15,216 nt of DNA, taken from Candidatus Micrarchaeota archaeon (GTDB lineage Archaea > B1Sed10-29 > WALL01 > WAMD01). The notes beneath the pieces are model-generated. The model was not told the origin of the DNA. It was given only the letters and a program-made list of their open reading frames with translations, and made no database searches. The stretch is from the NCBI GenBank assembly GCA_964652335.1, contig CAZZDL010000018.1:1-15216 (forward strand), in the 5' to 3' direction. Shown here piece after piece: positions 14,701-15,216 of this stretch. Positions within the stretch are counted from its first letter, which is position 1, and every line of letters begins with the position of its first letter. The translations under genes and the position numbers were made by a program.

Positions 14701-15216
14701 CTGGATTATAGCTGTTACTCCATTGTCCACAGTAGTTTGATTCACATCTGGGTCGAATTCTATGTATGGTTTAGGCCTTGCTATGCTAACATTAAGGGTG
14801 CTAACCAGAGTATTAGCATCCTCTCCGTCTGATAATCCAGCCTGACATGATATTACGTAATTACCTTCATACCCTGATATGTCAAATGTGGATTCAAATC
14901 CTGTATCTGTCGCTTTCTCTGTTCCATCTACTAACCAGTGGATCTGAGATGTAATGTTATCTTGGTCTATATCAGTAGCGTTCACTTCACATTTAAGTTC
15001 CTGCCCGCTTAGTGGATAGACAGATATCTGCCCTGTGGGTGGGGCATTTATAACTTGTTTTGTGACGTTCCTTTCATCTACGCATAACCTAGATCCATAC
15101 TTCATTACGCACGGTTTTATCCAGAATGTAATATTATCATGCTTTGAGAAGCTTACGCTCGCATTGGTATTAGATATACATGTCTTGTCTGTATGGTTTG
15201 TACCATTCAGGACGCT
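11761..15216 (-). CDS. Large membrane-anchored cell-surface glycoprotein with tandem Ig/cadherin-like domains (5' partial, continues beyond the window)
   Basis: The frame stays open from 15105 to the window end (SVLNGTNHTDKTCISNTNASVSFSKHDNITFWIKPCV-MKYG...), and that stretch matches an internal repeat. Repeated N.pP...C...DxDxD...W.vdG...C...DGE units, a poly-Gly linker, a C-terminal TM helix (12055-12126) and a Pro/Lys-rich tail. Confidence 0.9.
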   Translation of the reverse strand, partial: SVLNGTNHTDKTCISNTNASVSFSKHDNITFWIKPCVMKYGSRLCVDERNVTKQVINAPPTGQISVYPLSGQELKCEVNATDIDQDNITSQIHWLVDGTEKATDTGFESTFDISGYEGNYVISCQAGLSDGEDANTLVSTLNVSIARPKPYIEFDPDVNQTTVDNGVTAIIQLNDTRTNNETNWTLALDNGTIITSGTETGDVSNITLDLVGLAGDYWHKGATLVISTSECVNDNDLGKVCGSTIERNLTIVNSAPDGTINLTKDRFNAICSFEFTDADNDTIVYTGKWYVDGNESTSFNGTTQPNQEENSTLDLSSYTTQINVTCELNYTDGEVNKTLSKTETFDLSRPVANVTISPLNVYTNTTVCGDWNFTDPLGGNDNSTWTWFVNGSIAREGIGKNDTCITGVFKKHDNITFSVTPCADDGRCGNPSNYTTTVLNTNPEINAVWINYTSRAPRSEATCNANATDIDNDSLSFEIHWYINGTYNSSYDGQTTISGDATDRTTVMCSARAWDGEGYSDWMNSTEVEFTELPNITNLSLTPENVTVMDVSLLHASWNFTDPENGTDISTVNWYIDGNYIATTQGVNGTSYFPSNITVYKHQNITAELNVTADRNGTIVVGDPIIVGTVEIKNSDVDVFNTTLYKIEDDKLGANFSVYDPDMGTAYSIVSFAVKLNNGTYNISTSDDCINITDPNERETCFVLSTLSYALEEAGESITTNVTMNVTISNVSDYTIEFNATFEYNFTSGNKITLYIIGKDTESTDSDTAELDYAEAIEEPIKPTPHTGGGGGGGGGGSSGGGAAASTSEEDKVVFNYTEEEITKETIEGDMTSEYGKVALEGINAINVEDRTSKLREGVTFTRTFGYVAKNGDIKESRYILKVRFDRPMDNIIIIEKIPKNFAESSNDITVNASKGKVKVLEKDPVYAWYIDSVETGEEVKLIFSVPKELGRYNVLIPMIKSEEKPLAFAYETPVEETGGANKTEEIINKTAPMPVTVGNKTIGNQTNATEKKPEVGWLTGLVGLNLDFSLIGWIAGVGAALFVIAALVLIAMAKMPGPGAKPGAPTVPSLEKEMPVITPPLRTSRGESKPEKKPKLEVTKPAPKPEPKPIVPVKKPVKPSTPARGVSELVEKPKKRSRSDMVNGLSDLLD
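12811..12855 (-). repeat. Poly-glycine linker (G10-SS-G3)
   Basis: Encoded by mixed GGT/GGC/GGA/GGG codons, so it is a protein-level low-complexity linker and not a pure microsatellite. Confidence 0.85.
13318..15216 (-). repeat. Alternating A/B ~90-105-aa Ig-like domain repeats in the surface protein
   Basis: A units contain (T)DxDxD, W[LY][VI][DN]G and C-x5-DGE (3 copies). B units contain WNFTDP and/or KH[DQ]NIT and a C-x(5-9)-C loop (3 copies plus a partial one at the window edge; the first full copy is divergent). Confidence 0.75.

Noticed and set aside
15103..15105. ATG at 15105 as the start of the surface protein
   Set aside because: The frame is open to the window end, the upstream translation matches an internal repeat, and there is no signal peptide at this Met.

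Overview
Archaeal chromosomal window, with archaeal-type tRNA, GGTGA-type SD sites, TATA-like boxes and AGA/AGG and ATA codon preference. The GC-rich tRNA stems suggest a thermophile; a DPANN affiliation is plausible but is only inference. The left half carries a SAM methyltransferase, a small membrane protein, and an orphan gene pair (a basic HExxH+E gluzincin-like protein and a protein made of eight ~29-aa repeats). It also carries an M24 Xaa-Pro peptidase, an M50 site-2 protease with CBS domains, tRNA-Ser(CGA), the AlaX-M editing protein, a hypothetical gene and a half-size TauE/SafE permease. The right half is a tightly packed type IV pilus-like operon (6785-11724). It has a TadC/FlaJ-type membrane platform, six pilin-like genes and a coiled-coil protein, but no ATPase or prepilin peptidase. 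Four pilin-like genes have class III signal peptides, two appear to start directly at the mature-pilin position, and one is very Cys-rich. The operon converges on a >1150-aa membrane-anchored surface protein with alternating Ig-like repeats and about 60 N-glycosylation sequons, which runs off the window end. No integrase, transposase or CRISPR array was seen.
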